Below, piece by piece: positions 12,887 through 26,630 of a stretch of 64,000 nt of DNA. Source of the DNA: Octopus vulgaris (lineage: Eukaryota); assembly GCA_951406725.2 (NCBI GenBank), contig OX597820.1:90892001-90956000 (forward strand), read 5' to 3'. Made by a program: the position numbers and the translations under genes. The stretch's first letter is position 1. Each line of letters begins with the position of its first letter. The notes beneath the pieces were generated by a model that saw only the letters and a program-made list of their open reading frames with translations, made no database searches and had not been told where the DNA came from.

Positions 12887-13132
12887 GTGGAGGCACCTGG
12901 CTTAGTGATTAGGATGTCAGCATCATGATCGTAAGATCGTGGTTTCGAATTTTGGACCGGGCGACGCTTTGTGTTCTTGAGCAAAGCACTTCATTTCACG
13001 TTGCTCCAGTCCATTCAGCTGGCAAAAATGAGTATCGCTGCGATGTACTGGCGTCACATCCAGCTGGGGAAGACATACGCCATAGAAACCGGGCCCATGA
13101 GCCTGGCTAGGCTTTAAAAGGGCGCATTTATT
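12887..13132 (+). mobile_element. tRNA-headed SINE family C with TSD
   Basis: Head tggcttagtgattagg...ggtttcgaatt; core gttgctccagtccattcagctggc; (TTTA)n tail; flanking direct repeat tatttatt(a/g)tccta at 12873-12886 and 13133-13146. Confidence 0.85.
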
Positions 13133-13354
13133 TATTTATTGTCCTATCATGTTAAGTGTATGTATGACTAAATTAATTAACTTGTATTTCCTTATTTCGG
13201 ATATTGTATAATGTGAGAATTTGGAGCGACTGCGAAGACGCTTCTCGGTTTGTGAATGATAACTGGTTATTGAGAAATATGTAGTGTTGGTGGAAATTTT
13301 AGCGATGTTAAACATTATCTCTTCACAAATAAGATATAGCTCACATGTATAGGT

Positions 13355-13562
13355 TGGGAATAGTTTTGGTCAGTACTTTTCTGGGAAACGTTAAATTGAT
13401 TACATTGACAAACAATTCTCAACTGATACTCATTTTATTGACGTCCAAACGATGGCAACCAAAATCGACTTGGAAGGCATTTGAATCAAGGACGTAAAAT
13501 TACAAGAAATTCCGCCCAGCATTTTGTACGGCACAATAACGATTCTGCCAACTTGTCGTCTT
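13355..13562 (-). mobile_element. SINE family B, highly diverged
   Basis: gcattttgtacggcacaataacgattctgccaacttgtcgtctt matches the reverse complement of the family B head. Confidence 0.65.
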
Positions 13563-14810
13563 ACAGGTTGATAATAATACAATTGGGGACTTTTCTAGCA
13601 TCGTCATACGCACTTCTGCATTTCTTAAAATTACTCCCTGAAACAGCCCTCTAACCTCTAAAATACAATGTTAACATATATCTTTAAAACTATATTACTT
13701 AACGTATATCCCCACCTAGTCACTTCTATTGCTCCATTACTAAATACAAATATTCTATTAGAATCTTTTTTTATTCCCTGTATCAGTGTTCATTCTTTTT
13801 CTTATCTCATTCGTCAAGCTATATTTTTTCTTGAAATGTCAGAGGAAGATCCGAAATAGATTCTATAAAAGTAAGTATGAATTAAAAACACTCGTTGCTA
13901 AGTTCTGGCCAATTCAATTACTATTCCAGCTGAAAGCAATATGTTATCAAGTGCAGAAAATTACCTTTTGGGAAGTAGAATTATATTTCTTTTCCTTATT
14001 TAGTAATACGATATTATAGATTTAATAAAGTTATGGAACATTAAACAGAAGACATTAACGAATTAAGCTTTTCCGCTGTCTGTTTGGGTTTCAACAAACG
14101 TCAGGGTTGGTTTGCCCTTCACCACGACCTCCTTTTCTTGAAGTCTCTTTCTTTCTTTTACACTTTCTCTCCCTCTCAGGAGTCGATAAAATTAATAAAT
14201 ACCAATAATGAATTGAGGTAAATTCAATAGACAATATCTTTGTAATATGATGATTTTTTATTTACTTGTGGTAGTTCATTGATATAATGCATGTAATGGA
14301 GATGACTGCGACAGTATCAAATCAGAAGAAGAAAATTATAGTATTTATTTTTGCTGTTCAGCTTTTTAACTGTAAATTTGCTCTGGAGTTTCTTTTACAT
14401 ATTCTAATCTATATGTCAAAACATAAGGTACTCAGTTATATTTTGGCGTCGATATAGCTTTACATGTCAAAAGAGAATCATACAGAATGTTAGCCTTCAG
14501 GGTCAACAGGTATTTCATTCAAACAATAAGCTTATGTGCAATGAAATGAGGAAGAACTTCCACTTAAATAGTCCGCCTTTATATAATTAATATCTTTGTT
14601 TATGGTTTAATAAAGGAAACAAAATATTCAAGATGCTTCTGAACTAGTTTCAATTGAAGTCATATATTCTAATACGATATTGTCAAGGAAACACATTTAC
14701 AAATATCTATATTAAATATTGGATATTTATGAAATCATAACAAACAATGTAGATGTATTAAACAAAAGCAAAATGTAACGTGATGTTAATTTCATACGTA
14801 AGCAACATTT

Positions 14811-15012
14811 AGCAGAATCGTTAGCACGCCAGGCGAAATGCTTAGCGGCATTTTGTCCGTCATTACGCTCTGAGTTCATGGTCTGCCGAGGTCAGCTTTG
14901 CCTTCCATCTTTTAGGTATAGACAAAATATATACCGAGTGTGCAGTGAGGTTGGTGTAATCGACTTAAATCCTCCATCGAAATTACTGGACCTCTGCTAA
15001 AATTTGAAACCA
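14811..15012 (+). mobile_element. SINE family B
   Basis: gcagaatcgttagcacgccaggcgaaatgcttagcggc...gccgaggtcagctttgccttccatc. Confidence 0.85.
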
Positions 15013-15741
15013 GTATCATACACAAACATGTATGTATGTGCGTGTGCGCGGACGCTTGCGTGTGTGTATAAACCTATATCTCTCTCCCCCTCATATATAC
15101 ATACATATAAATATACATATATATGTAACAAACCCATCACAATATAGTATATAGTTAAAATGTCATCATGTATACAAAAAGGTGAGATAACCGTGGAAGG
15201 AGTACCGTTCTAATATATGTTAATCTCCTCAGTTCGACTTGATGTGAGGAAATAAAAGTATGGCCACGTGGGGAATTACTTTCCGTGTTATGTCTGCACC
15301 ATAAAAGCTAGCATTGCGCTAAATACTAACGCGCCATGGAAAATTGCAACTTGTATACTCTCTAAAATGGTTGCTCATATGAAAGTATCCAGATGTTGGA
15401 ATCAAGACCTGTCTGACATTTTGAACCAGATATAATTCTCCCATCTATCTAGGATGGCTATAACTACGATTGAGAATTGTTTTGTACAACAACGATGCAT
15501 CAACCACATCATAATGAATGTATACATAAAATAATGTTGACGAGCTGGTAAAGTATACTTCTTTTCCATTCGATAATTTATTTATCTAATTCTTCGATTT
15601 CGTTCAAAAATACAAAACAAATAATATAAAACACAGCAAAGGTCTTAACTGAGCCAAAGTCTCATAAAACCGATTTCCTGGATTCCGTAACTTACATATC
15701 ACCTAGTGGATTACATATGGATTGTTGTTCCATCGCGGGAC

Positions 15742-15880
15742 TATTCATTTTGCCAGTTGAGTCGACGAACGTGAAGTCAAGTCTTTTGGTTACGAAAACA
15801 ACGCATCACCCAATCCAGGCATCGAAACCACAATCTAACGATCATGAGTGCAACATCTTAGTCACTAAGCCAAGCGCCTC
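15742..15880 (-). mobile_element. SINE family C (head + core)
   Basis: cattttgccagttgagt...atcgaaaccacaatctaacgatcatga...cactaagccaagcgcctc is the reverse complement of the 12887 head. Confidence 0.75.
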
Positions 15881-15938
15881 TACCTAATACATATTATATA
15901 TATGTGTATATGTATATATATGTTTGTGTGTGTGTATA

Positions 15939-16075
15939 AACAATTGCAGCGTGGAAGGTTTATAAGCCATTTAAAACGCACAAAAACCGTTAGATTCACT
16001 TCAACATTTGAATTTAATTTGTCAAAATATTTTCGTTGCTTTGAGAGACCGCGACCTGTTCGCTGATAAAATTCC
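15939..16075 (-). mobile_element. Single diverged copy of the 3925-4204 palindrome arm with degraded hammerhead-like motif
   Basis: acaattgcagcgtggaagg...aatttgtcaaaatattttcg...cgcgacctgttc; the minus-strand core reads GCGAACA. Confidence 0.85.
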
Positions 16076-16081
16076 ATGCTA

Positions 16082-16433
16082 GGCGCAAGCTCTGTGTCGT
16101 TAGAAGTTTGCTTCCCAATCATATGTTTCTGGATTTATTCTCCATGCATGGCACCTTGAGCAAATGTCTTTTAGTATAGTTTCCGGCCAGAGCTTTGTGA
16201 GTTGATTCAGCACACGGAAAATAAAAGAACACATACACACACTTATGTATATATCTTGTGTCAGTGTTCGTAACTCACCACTATTTGACAACCGGTGTTG
16301 GTGTGTTGACATCCCCGTAACATTAGCTGTTTGGTAAAAGATTCTGATAATATATTATCGGGTTTTAAAAGATGTTTTGGAGTCAGTTCGTACGAGTATA
16401 CTTCTCTAAACCTTTGGTATAGCATGGTCACAC
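16082..16433 (+). mobile_element. SINE family A, diverged
   Basis: ggcgcaag...gcttcccaatcatatg...ggcaccttgagcaaatgtctt matches the 56861 copy. Confidence 0.8.
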
Positions 16434-16854
16434 TCTCATAACAATTTTGAGAATACCACCCCCATATATATTTATGTGTGTTTTATGTAATGGTACTCTC
16501 TGTATATATTCATTAATAGTTATGGTATGTATGTATACCATAGATCAAGAGGCGAAACCGGGCATTGCATTACTACTGCGGCGCAAACTTTTGACACATG
16601 CCAGTAGTTATTTAGACGAAAGATAGCTGCACCTCATGAGACTGCTATATTGAGACTTGATTAAGTATAACCTGGAAAAGAAGATATAGTTTTGAAAACC
16701 AAAATAGTTAAATGTCAATGGAAAGTGCAGTAAATCAATGGTTGTAAAATATATGTGAATATTACATGAGTTGGGTGTTTAAATAAAAAGATATATATAT
16801 ATATGCGTGTGTGTGTGTGTGTGTGTCTGTATGTATGTATATATTATGGATATA

Positions 16855-17270
16855 CTCTCTTTACTCTCTTTTACTTGTTTCAGTCAGTTGACTGCGGCCA
16901 TGCTGGAGCACCGCCTTTAATCGAGCAACTCGACCCCGGGACTTATTCTTTGTAAGCCCAGTACTTATTCTATCGGTCTCTTTTGCCGAACCGCTAAGTG
17001 ACGGGGACATAAACACACCAGCATCGGTTGTCAAGCAGTGCTAGGGGAACAAACACAGACACACAAACATACACGCACACACACATATATATATATATAC
17101 ATATATACGACGGGCTTCTTTCAGTTTCCGTCTACCAAATCCACTCACAAGGCTTTGGTCGGCCCGAGGCTATAGTAGAAGACACTTGCCCAAGGTGCCA
17201 CGCAGTGGGACTGAACCCGGGACCATGTGGTTGGTAAACAAGCTACTTACCACACAGCCACTCCTGCGCC
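16855..17270 (-). mobile_element. SINE family A, full length, with internal microsatellite
   Basis: Reverse complement of the 56861-57275 copy; tRNA-like head ggcgcaggagtggctgtgtggtaag...ccgggttcagtccc. Confidence 0.95.
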
Positions 17271-18014
17271 TATGTTTATAATTCTTTATCATCCATATAT
17301 TTATAACTATAATAGCTGCTTTATAGTTAGTCTAATACCAATCTATATTTCATGAATAATTTATTTCGTAGATTATTTTTTTTTACTGTATAGCATTTGC
17401 TGACCCAGTGCTATATTGCATTATAAAATTCTCATATCTTTTTTTTAGGAAGCTCATACATTTAATAATATAATGCTAGTTTAATCTTTACGGTCAATAT
17501 CTTATTTAATTCCATGAAGGTAGTCATAGTATAAATCGTAGAATGACGCTATAATGTGTTGTAGTGATTAGATTTGTCCATTTACGTTCTGTATCGAAAG
17601 CCATTCCGGGTCTGTTTTGCCTTCCATCATTCATGGCTCAATAAAAATAAAATTACCGGCAAATTACTATGCTCCTCTGAAAAAGGGTGGGGCTTTGTTA
17701 CATGTCAATATTATATCATTTAATTCTGGACGGTTAATGGCTGAAATAACTAAATGCGAAGTACTTTCTCATACACTCGCTCTTTCTCTCTCCCACAGAC
17801 AATTCTCTCGATGAATTTCTGTTTCCAATAGGAAAATGTGCGTGTAATTTTTCTAATCAGAAAGCAATTTTACTGTGTACGCTCTGTAACTGTCTTCTGG
17901 TTTTTATAACTTTTCCTCCGCCCCTTGACTTTACACAAAACTGTCTCTCACGCTTAACTGTTTATTATTATTGCTGTTGCTCTTATTGTTCTTGTTGTTG
18001 CTGTTGTTGTTGTT

Positions 18015-18235
18015 AAGGCGACGATCTGGCAGAATCGTTAGCACGCCGAGCGAAATGCTTAGCGGCACTTTGTCTGTTTGCAGTTTTGGAGTTAAAATTC
18101 CGTCGGAATCGACTTTGGCATTCATCCTTTCGGGGTTGATAAATTAAGTATCAATGAAACACTGGAATCGATGTAATCGACAAGTCCCCTCCCCCAAATT
18201 TCAGGCGTCATGTCTTTAGTAGTAAGGATTATTAT
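18015..18235 (+). mobile_element. SINE family B
   Basis: aaggcgacgatctggcagaatcgttagcacgccgagcgaaatgcttagcgg...ttcatcctttcggggttgataaattaagta. Confidence 0.9.
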
Positions 18236-18244
18236 TGTTGTTGT

Positions 18245-18745
18245 TCAGTGAATGAGAGAGCAGCGAATGTTATAAAATACCACTGTACTACAAATATACG
18301 AAACGCAATATACCCATTATGGCTACCCGTCTGATAAGGGTACACCAGACACATGCATCACAACCATATGTGTGCGACATAGTGATCTCATATCAAAATA
18401 AACAGTGCATGATCTTGCTGGTGGGGATCAGTTAGAATTCCCGTCAGATCGAGTAGTCCATTCTACTCAAAAGGTCTCTGAGCAAGGGTTGTTTAGGGAT
18501 GATGAACGAAACACCCATGTTTCCAGAGGTGAATTATTCAAACCTCAAAGAATGACTCACAACACATGGCTATGATGCTCCCCTACTAATTCTGCTCGTG
18601 ATCAGAGATGCACATATCGTCAGCCAGCAAGTAACATGGTCAAATGGTTAAGGTCAAACAACTGACAAGTAAATCTGTGATATTGAGCAGAATATTTGCT
18701 GCAGCCCATCTTTTATACCGAGACAAAACATTTACATGATAACAC
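18245..18745. mobile_element. Probable interspersed repeat, unclassified
   Basis: A higher-GC, high-complexity block abutting a SINE tail. It resembles a common octopod repeat from memory only; there is no second copy in this window. Confidence 0.3.
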
Positions 18746-19001
18746 TTCAACGAAATTTTATCTAGAGATTTGGTGACACCATCTCTCCACAAATATCCAG
18801 AACCTTCCTTAGGATTTTCGTAGAATATAAGCTGGTACATTTTTGTAGGTTCACAGTGCTAGTTTGAAGACTATCTAAACACCTACTCAAAACATTTTAT
18901 AGATCTCTCTCCATAGATTATAACAATAAAAAAGAAATGACTTTGAGTTCATATAAATTCCCATTTATTATTTTTTTGCGAATTCGTGTCCCGTCGTAGG
19001 T

Positions 19002-19376
19002 GGCGTAGAAGTGGCTGTGTTGTAATTTGCTTGCTTACCAACCACACAGTCCCGGGTTCAGTCCCACTGCGTGGCAACTTGGGCAAGTGCCTTCTACTAT
19101 AGCCCCGGGTCGACTAAAACCTTGTGAGTGGATTTGATAGACGGAAACTGAAAGAAGCTCGTCGTATATATGTATATATATGTATGTGTGTATATGTTTG
19201 TGTGTCTGTGTTTGTCTCCCCAACATCGCTTGATAACCGATGCTGGTGTTTACGTCCCTGTAAATTAGCGGTTCGGCAAAAGAATCCGATAGAATAAGTA
19301 CTGGGTTCGATTTGTTTGACTAAAAAGGCGGTGCTACAGCATGGTCACAGTCAAATGACTGAAACAAGTAAAAGAG
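19002..19376 (+). mobile_element. SINE family A
   Basis: Colinear with 56861-57275; ends cagtcaaatgactgaaacaagtaaaagag. Confidence 0.95.
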
Positions 19377-20634
19377 CATTGTTGGATGCTTTCCAGTATG
19401 TTTTCCTGTTTTAAGCTTACTAGATATACTATTAATTCCCAACATTGGCCATTCGCAGGTTATTAGGAAACTTAGCTCTGACCATTGTCATCTTGGTGGA
19501 AATTAAACTCAGTATGCCCTGTCTGAATAAATTCCAGGAAGTATTTTACTTGATGCTGCAACAATTCGTGCACTCCACCACCCTCAAATGCGATGGTATT
19601 TATCAACTCAAAAAAGTAGACCGAGTTGACCTCAAAGCGAATTAAGTAATTGTCATCTGACAGGACGCCGTTGGATATCTTCTTGATTCTAATATAAACT
19701 ACTTCACACTTATGTTTAGCATGCAACCATTAGATGACGAAAGATTTTGACTAAATTTTCATATATCAATTAATCAATTATTTAAGAAATTACTATCATG
19801 TATTTTTATTGAAGCCATTAATATATTTATCCTTATTAAAACTACTTTGCTTTCCTTCTTTTCTCTCATGATCATCATCAACATCATTATCCTTTCCCTT
19901 GTCCATCGTAAATTTTGTCGCTTTTGTCAGTTACAAGCACACTAGTATCCGGGGCAATAGCATCAGCAGAAAGATTTCCAGAAACATTAGCTTTAGTTCC
20001 GACTAATAGTGGGCAATAAATATGATAAGTTTTAGTTCGTTTTGACTTCAGTAAAATTTATAAACAAGGAAGCCCCAGCAACCTGTGAAAGGCAAAGCCA
20101 AGCATAGAAAACATGAACTATTGCAACGACAAAAAGAAAATAGAATAACACAAAGTAATCGGTAAATAGTGAATTATAGCAGATAAACGAAATAAATAAC
20201 CAAATAAGTCATCAGGTTTCTGGGAATATATGTAGAAAGCAAAAAGAAAACTGATGTCATGAGATAGTAGAAAACTGACAGAAATACTTTGCAGAAGGAT
20301 TAGGTGAAAGTCTAGGTGTGAAGCCGTGAAGACATGTAAGTATATGAGACAAGTGTGGCACTTGAAAACCAACTACAGATGATATTTGAAACTGACCATA
20401 ATAGTGGCCTACTTGATCATGATCAATGACAAATGAAAGGAAAAAAAGGAAAAAAGCAGGAAGATGGGAAGAAAAGAAAGACAGCGGGAGAATGCTGCTA
20501 GAAAAAGGAATAAACGTAGAGAAATGTACGATGAAGAGAGAAATAAAGGTAGAGAAGAGAGTGGCACTTTTATATAAAAACAAAACAAACGTGCTCCACG
20601 ACTCGATGAAAAGTACTCCAACGGCTACCGCTGC

Positions 20635-20686
20635 CACTACTACTATCACCACCACCATCTCTACTACTACTACTACTACTACTACT
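20635..20686. repeat. (ACT)n/(ACC)n trinucleotide repeat
   Basis: Direct reading. Confidence 0.85.
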
Positions 20687-21772
20687 GTCTGATCGAACAG
20701 TAACATTGGGAAAATATATCCAACTTGTCCTTTTAGTTTCCTGAATACAGCCATTAGTTTCAAATGACAGAAAAAGTCGACAGAAAACAATCAATAAGAT
20801 TTGAGATGTGTCGACAAAAAGCAGCATTGAAAGAAATTTCAGGATTCATCGCCTCTAAATTGTTTGTTTGATAACAGAAATATTACATCGATTATCTATT
20901 ATTTTATTTCTTTTTCACCTTTTGGCCAATCGTAAGATGAGGCCATATAAAAGAAGATTACAAGTTACACGCTCGCGTTTAGTACACACTTGAGCACACT
21001 CGTATAGGTATGCAATATGAGTGAGTAAATGTGTGTGTGTGTATGAGTATGTAATGAGATCTTACATTTAATTAGCTATTCAATAAAGTGTAAGGCTAGG
21101 ATCTATACTATAAAATGAAAGTATCCATGCGAAATTGGGTTTTTAAATAAGCACTAGATAAAATTATTAAGGGGATGACCGTATTAGACTGATTTCAAGC
21201 TAATTCATCAGTAATACTTATTTTATCTCTGGAAGCTACATAATTCCCGTTCAATTTGAACGCAGAAGCTACACGAACAAAACGCAATATCTTAAAGTAT
21301 TTAGTTCCACACTCGAATATTTCAGATAACTGATAGCTTATAATCACAAATAGAAATGATAAAGATTAACAATAGAATTAGCTTCCTGCCATGTGATCCA
21401 AGAGAAAATAATGTACTGATAAAGTAATGGAAGTATTTAGAATTTCAAAAGAAGATTAGCAAAAACTGAAGAACAGTTTTTGTTGTTGTTCTTTTCTGTA
21501 TATATACATCATTCTGCGGTAAAGTAGTTTGTTGGAAAATTGAATTGGCTTCTAAAGAAAAAGAGAAATAAGTCAATCTGAACACAACCGACTTCGCTTT
21601 CGCAGTTATTACTATTCAGAATAAAATATTTCAGGAAGGCTTCATCATTTTATATTTTCTGTGAAAAGTGTGGAGATACTGGCATACTTCCTTAACTTTT
21701 TTCAAGCATATTCACACACACACACACACATATATAAGCGTATATATACATAAGTATATTTGAAAGAGAAAG

Positions 21773-21852
21773 TATATATATACACACATATACATATATA
21801 CGTATATTTATATATATATATATGTATATATATATACATACATATATACGTA

Positions 21853-21893
<41 letters not shown>

Positions 21894-21902
21894 ATATATA
21901 CA

Positions 21903-21944
<42 letters not shown>

Positions 21945-22008
21945 TATACATACATTCAAATATATATATGTATATATATATATATATATATACATACATT
22001 TATGTATA

Positions 22009-22070
<62 letters not shown>

Positions 22071-22115
22071 TTCATATATATATATATATATATATAACAC
22101 ACACACACACACAAA
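21773..22115. repeat. Long interrupted (TA)n microsatellite
   Basis: Direct reading. Confidence 0.95.
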
Positions 22116-23494
22116 TAAATGCATCTGAAAGAGAAAGATCTGCTTTCTAGATATGCTGGTCTATCAAACATTTCTACTCATATCAGGATTTGAAAACGAC
22201 ACTGTATGCTAACAAAAGACTCTTATCTAACCAGTGTTTTATGTATTTGGATCTCTGCGAATAAATGTGCTATGCAAAGTTAAATAAAAACACCGACTGT
22301 CGATGGTCTTTTAACTGTACGTTTTGAAGACCAACAGTTTCATTTTCGATTCGAACGTGTTGTGAATCTTGTGCTTATGCATAAGCGCAATTACATTGAC
22401 GCTAGCGCATATAGCTCACAGTATAAAGACGACTGGCAACTAGCAGAGGAATTAATTAGGTGATTTACAGTATTTTTGTTCAATCCTCTCGATTATACAC
22501 TTAAAACTTGTAAAGATTCAGCAGGAAGCTGAAGTCGGCAATAGAGCCTCAATTTGATGGAAGCTTAGTATCATCTATCATCGCAATAAATACATTGAAT
22601 TACATGGATTTATGCATCGTTTCTTTGTCAAAAAGTAGGAGTGTTGAATGTGTGTGTTGTTGTGCGCGTGATTGTATGTGTATGTCCGTGTATATATATG
22701 TATATATATATACGTTTCTATATATATTTATATATATATGTATATACATATATATATACATATCTATATATTTGTAGGTATGTATCTATGTATATATGTA
22801 TGTAATTGGAACTCATTTACTACATTGCCAATCATCATTGGTATTTCTATACTCTGTTTCTTATCAGCAAATAATCTTATAGATACTAAATCCCTAAATC
22901 ACAAAGTAAACTTTTTCAACAAGGCCACAAGAGATTGCAGAATAATTAAACATTTGATCAGGAGGGTAAAATGAGACATATGATATATTTTTAAAGAGTT
23001 ATCTTCGTGAAAGGGAGGGATGGTAAAAATTATTTTTATTGACTTAACGCCATATTTAATTTGCAAATAATCGCAAGTGTCCAGATAAATACAGAAAATA
23101 AATCTGAAGCTATTTCTAATTTACAAATATCTATTTCACACGATAAGTAAACAATAACAATGATAATAACAACAACTAAAGCATCAATTATAATGCTTCC
23201 AAAGTTTGGTACGTTGCCACAAATATGACTGCTGTACATAATTAAATTTCGTGGGGGTTTTAATCCAGTACTATATCAATTTTCTTTCATAATATTGCTA
23301 TTATATGATTTTACGTTGGCACAGGCCAATGTTGAGGGAGTGGAGAGCGTATAAATGACTTATCGGCTATAGTATTTTGCTTGCACATAATTCATCAAGC
23401 CAAAGAAATAAAAGGCAAAGTATCATGCGGTAGTATCAGAAACATGAATTAAAAGGTATTATCTATTTACTGTTTTAACAGCCCTACCACTATC

Positions 23495-24245
23495 AAATTT
23501 TGGCAAAAGGTCAGCAAATTTAGGGACAGAAACTACGTCAATGACACCGGCCCCAGTGCTAAATTGGTACTGCAGTTTATCGATGCCGATAAGAAAAGTC
23601 AGTCGATCTCGGCGGAATTGGAACACAGGTCGTAGGAAGAAATGCCGATAAGCTTTTTGTCCGGTGTGCTAACCATTCTGCTAGCCTGCTGCCTTGCTCG
23701 CAGTTATACAAATATGAAAGATGTTTCGTAATCGCACGACCTGGGGGAAGCAGGAGTCAAATCTTGCTCAAACCAAACTCTACCATCTTAAAAGGGACAC
23801 ATTGCATAACATAGACATGTGCTCGCAAAGCCTGGAGAAGACAGGATAATCACATCAGTAAAGTCGTTAACAATAATCTGTCAGTCTATCATAAACACTA
23901 TAAAGCTTAAAACCTCGGGGCAAGGTGATGATGGATTACATCGATTAATTATTTTTTTCAGCCCCTAAAGGATGCAAAGCAAAGTCAACTTTGGCGACAT
24001 CTGAAGCCAGGGCGAAAAAACTAGAAGTAATTCTTCTAAATGTATTTTTCGACATAGTAATGATTCCGGCAGTTCACCTTAAAAAAAATAGTGTCTGCCA
24101 TAGGCACAATCCCTGAAATCTTGGGTGAAATGGCTAGTCGATTATATCGATCCCAGTGCTCAAGTTATCGACCCCAAAAGGATGAAAGTCAAAGTCGGCC
24201 TCAGTGGAATTTGATCTCGGAATGTAAAGACGAACGAATTGCTGC
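23495..24245 (-). mobile_element. Cluster of three diverged SINE family B copies (~23495-23695, ~23910-24080, ~24095-24245)
   Basis: Each contains a variant of aaaggatgaaaggcaaagtcgacctcggcggaatttgaac. Confidence 0.7.
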
Positions 24246-24652
24246 AAATCAGTTTCAGTTTCAGGAAATATATAGATTTGTGTGGGAAGATATTTTGATG
24301 TTCAGACTACTTTCGCGGAAGTGTTAATGACATCAACGAAATTCAATAGAATCGAGCGAACAAGAAACCACGTCGTCAGCTCGGTTAACTCTCCTGCAGC
24401 TGGTTAAACCTTAATAGCGCTTTCAGTATACCACAATAATATACTAATTACATTATCAAATGGTGTTATTATTTTCTTTGAAGAGGGATCAACTTAAATT
24501 ATCATATGGTATCTCACTACATCTTGCAGCAGGATACACTCTATGCTTATAGTAGTAATCTGTACAATCGATATCACACAATGGTATGTTGCTGTGTCAT
24601 ATGATGAGATAAAATGATGATATAAAACTAAGTTTACTTATATTACTTGTAA

Positions 24653-25056
24653 GTTTTATTTTCAAATTTGTGAAATAAGGCCAGCAATTTTGGGATTGGG
24701 ATAAGTCGATTACATCGACCCCAATGCTTAACTGCTACTTATTTAATCGATGCCAAAATGATGAAAGTCAAAATCGAACATGGCGGAACTTGAACCCATA
24801 ACGTGAAGAGGGACATAATGCTGCTAAACATTTTGTGCGGCGTGCTGACGATTCTTACTTTTTTACTGCCCACAAGGGTCTACACATAGAGGGGACAAAT
24901 AAGGACAGACAAACGGATTAAGTCCATCACACTGATCCCAGTGCGTAACTACTACTTATTTGATCGGCGGAATTTGAACTCAGAACGTAGCGGCAAACGA
25001 AATACCACTAAGCATTTCGCCCGGCGTGCTGACGATTCTGTCACCTCGCTACCTTC
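24653..25056 (-). mobile_element. Two abutting SINE family B copies with nested TSDs
   Basis: ttacttgtaa at 24643-24652 and 25057-25066; ttcttactt at 24852-24860 and 25054-25062. Confidence 0.85.
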
Positions 25057-26276
25057 TTACTTGTAAATATTAATTTCATCCTCTAGGTAGACGGAAAACA
25101 TTTTTTTTTAAGTATATTGGAATATATCTACTTCTGCATATTATGGCTACTAACTTATTGTTTCTGGAATAATGAAGTTTTAGTTGATAACTATTTGTTA
25201 ACTGAAAACTTTGGGGCATCTATAAACCTGTCATCTATTAAAACTGTCTTCGCTATTTGTAACAATGTAGTAATTCTGGTTTGCGTGTCTTGGTTTAACC
25301 AGTATGTTGAATCTAGTGATGTGAATTTAACACCACAGAAGCGTATTATAGTTAGCTGTAAATTGGTTTAATATGACAGAAACAGTATTTAAAACATTTT
25401 GTTAGCTTGTATCAATATGAAACACTCCTTCAGCGGTTATAGCTCGAAGGTAAGTTAAATCTGATTTAAAAGTCATGCTCTTACCGCACTTACTGATACC
25501 TCTGATTATCTTAATTGCCTGACAGCAGAAAGACCGTCAGACATACGAATATCAAAAACATGCAAACTGTGTTTCATACTAATTATTGGTTTGTTTTGCT
25601 TTTATAATTGAAATAATACAACAGCGAGACCACAATTACATGGAGGACTCTTACTTTCAACACTGGTTTTTCAATGCAGAATCGACTCGAATTTACAGAG
25701 ATATAAGAAAGAGTAGCACTGGTATTGATTTATTTTTACATTCTTGACCTTATGCATTCGATGTGAAAGAACTGAAATCTCGGTAGTTTAAAAGGCGAAA
25801 TTGACTCGATTGCTTCTTGTATCACTCTATGGCCGCTGCTGGAGAGACTGATTTCTATTTCAGGGCTTAGGAATATATCAAGAAAGGGTATTTTTTTTGC
25901 AGGGAAGAGGAATCGAAGATTTTTATTTGATTATTTTTTTCATTTGTTATTCATGCAGCGTTATATGCATGGTTGCGAAATTTTGGGGGCTTTGGTTTAA
26001 CTGTGCGTTGGTCATGCGCAGAGAACATCAGAAGAAAACTAACAAGAGAAACACATAACTGCAATTATATGTAAAACGGATAAATGCATTGCTACGAATA
26101 CAAAAATATATTGATAAAATATATGTAAAAGAGAACAAATCTTATGATATAATAAGTTCGTAAGTCATATAACATGTTGCCTGTGTTATAGGTAAATAAA
26201 ATATAGGTATATGTGTATTGGGGCCTTTCCTACTGTGATATACCTGTAATTAAACAAGAACACATAGGCTTATCTA

Positions 26277-26630
<354 letters not shown>

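Noticed and set aside
15190-15240. Minus-strand CTGAGGA...AGAACGGTA
   Set aside because: The GAAA box and stems are not intact; too degraded to call.
20257-20790. 177-aa minus-strand ORF and overlapping 88-aa plus-strand ORF
   Set aside because: They are driven by a purine-rich tract and an (ACT)n repeat, with no recognisable domain.
24300-24385. Minus-strand CTGACGA...GAAA...GTC hammerhead-like arrangement
   Set aside because: No stem I can form; likely chance.
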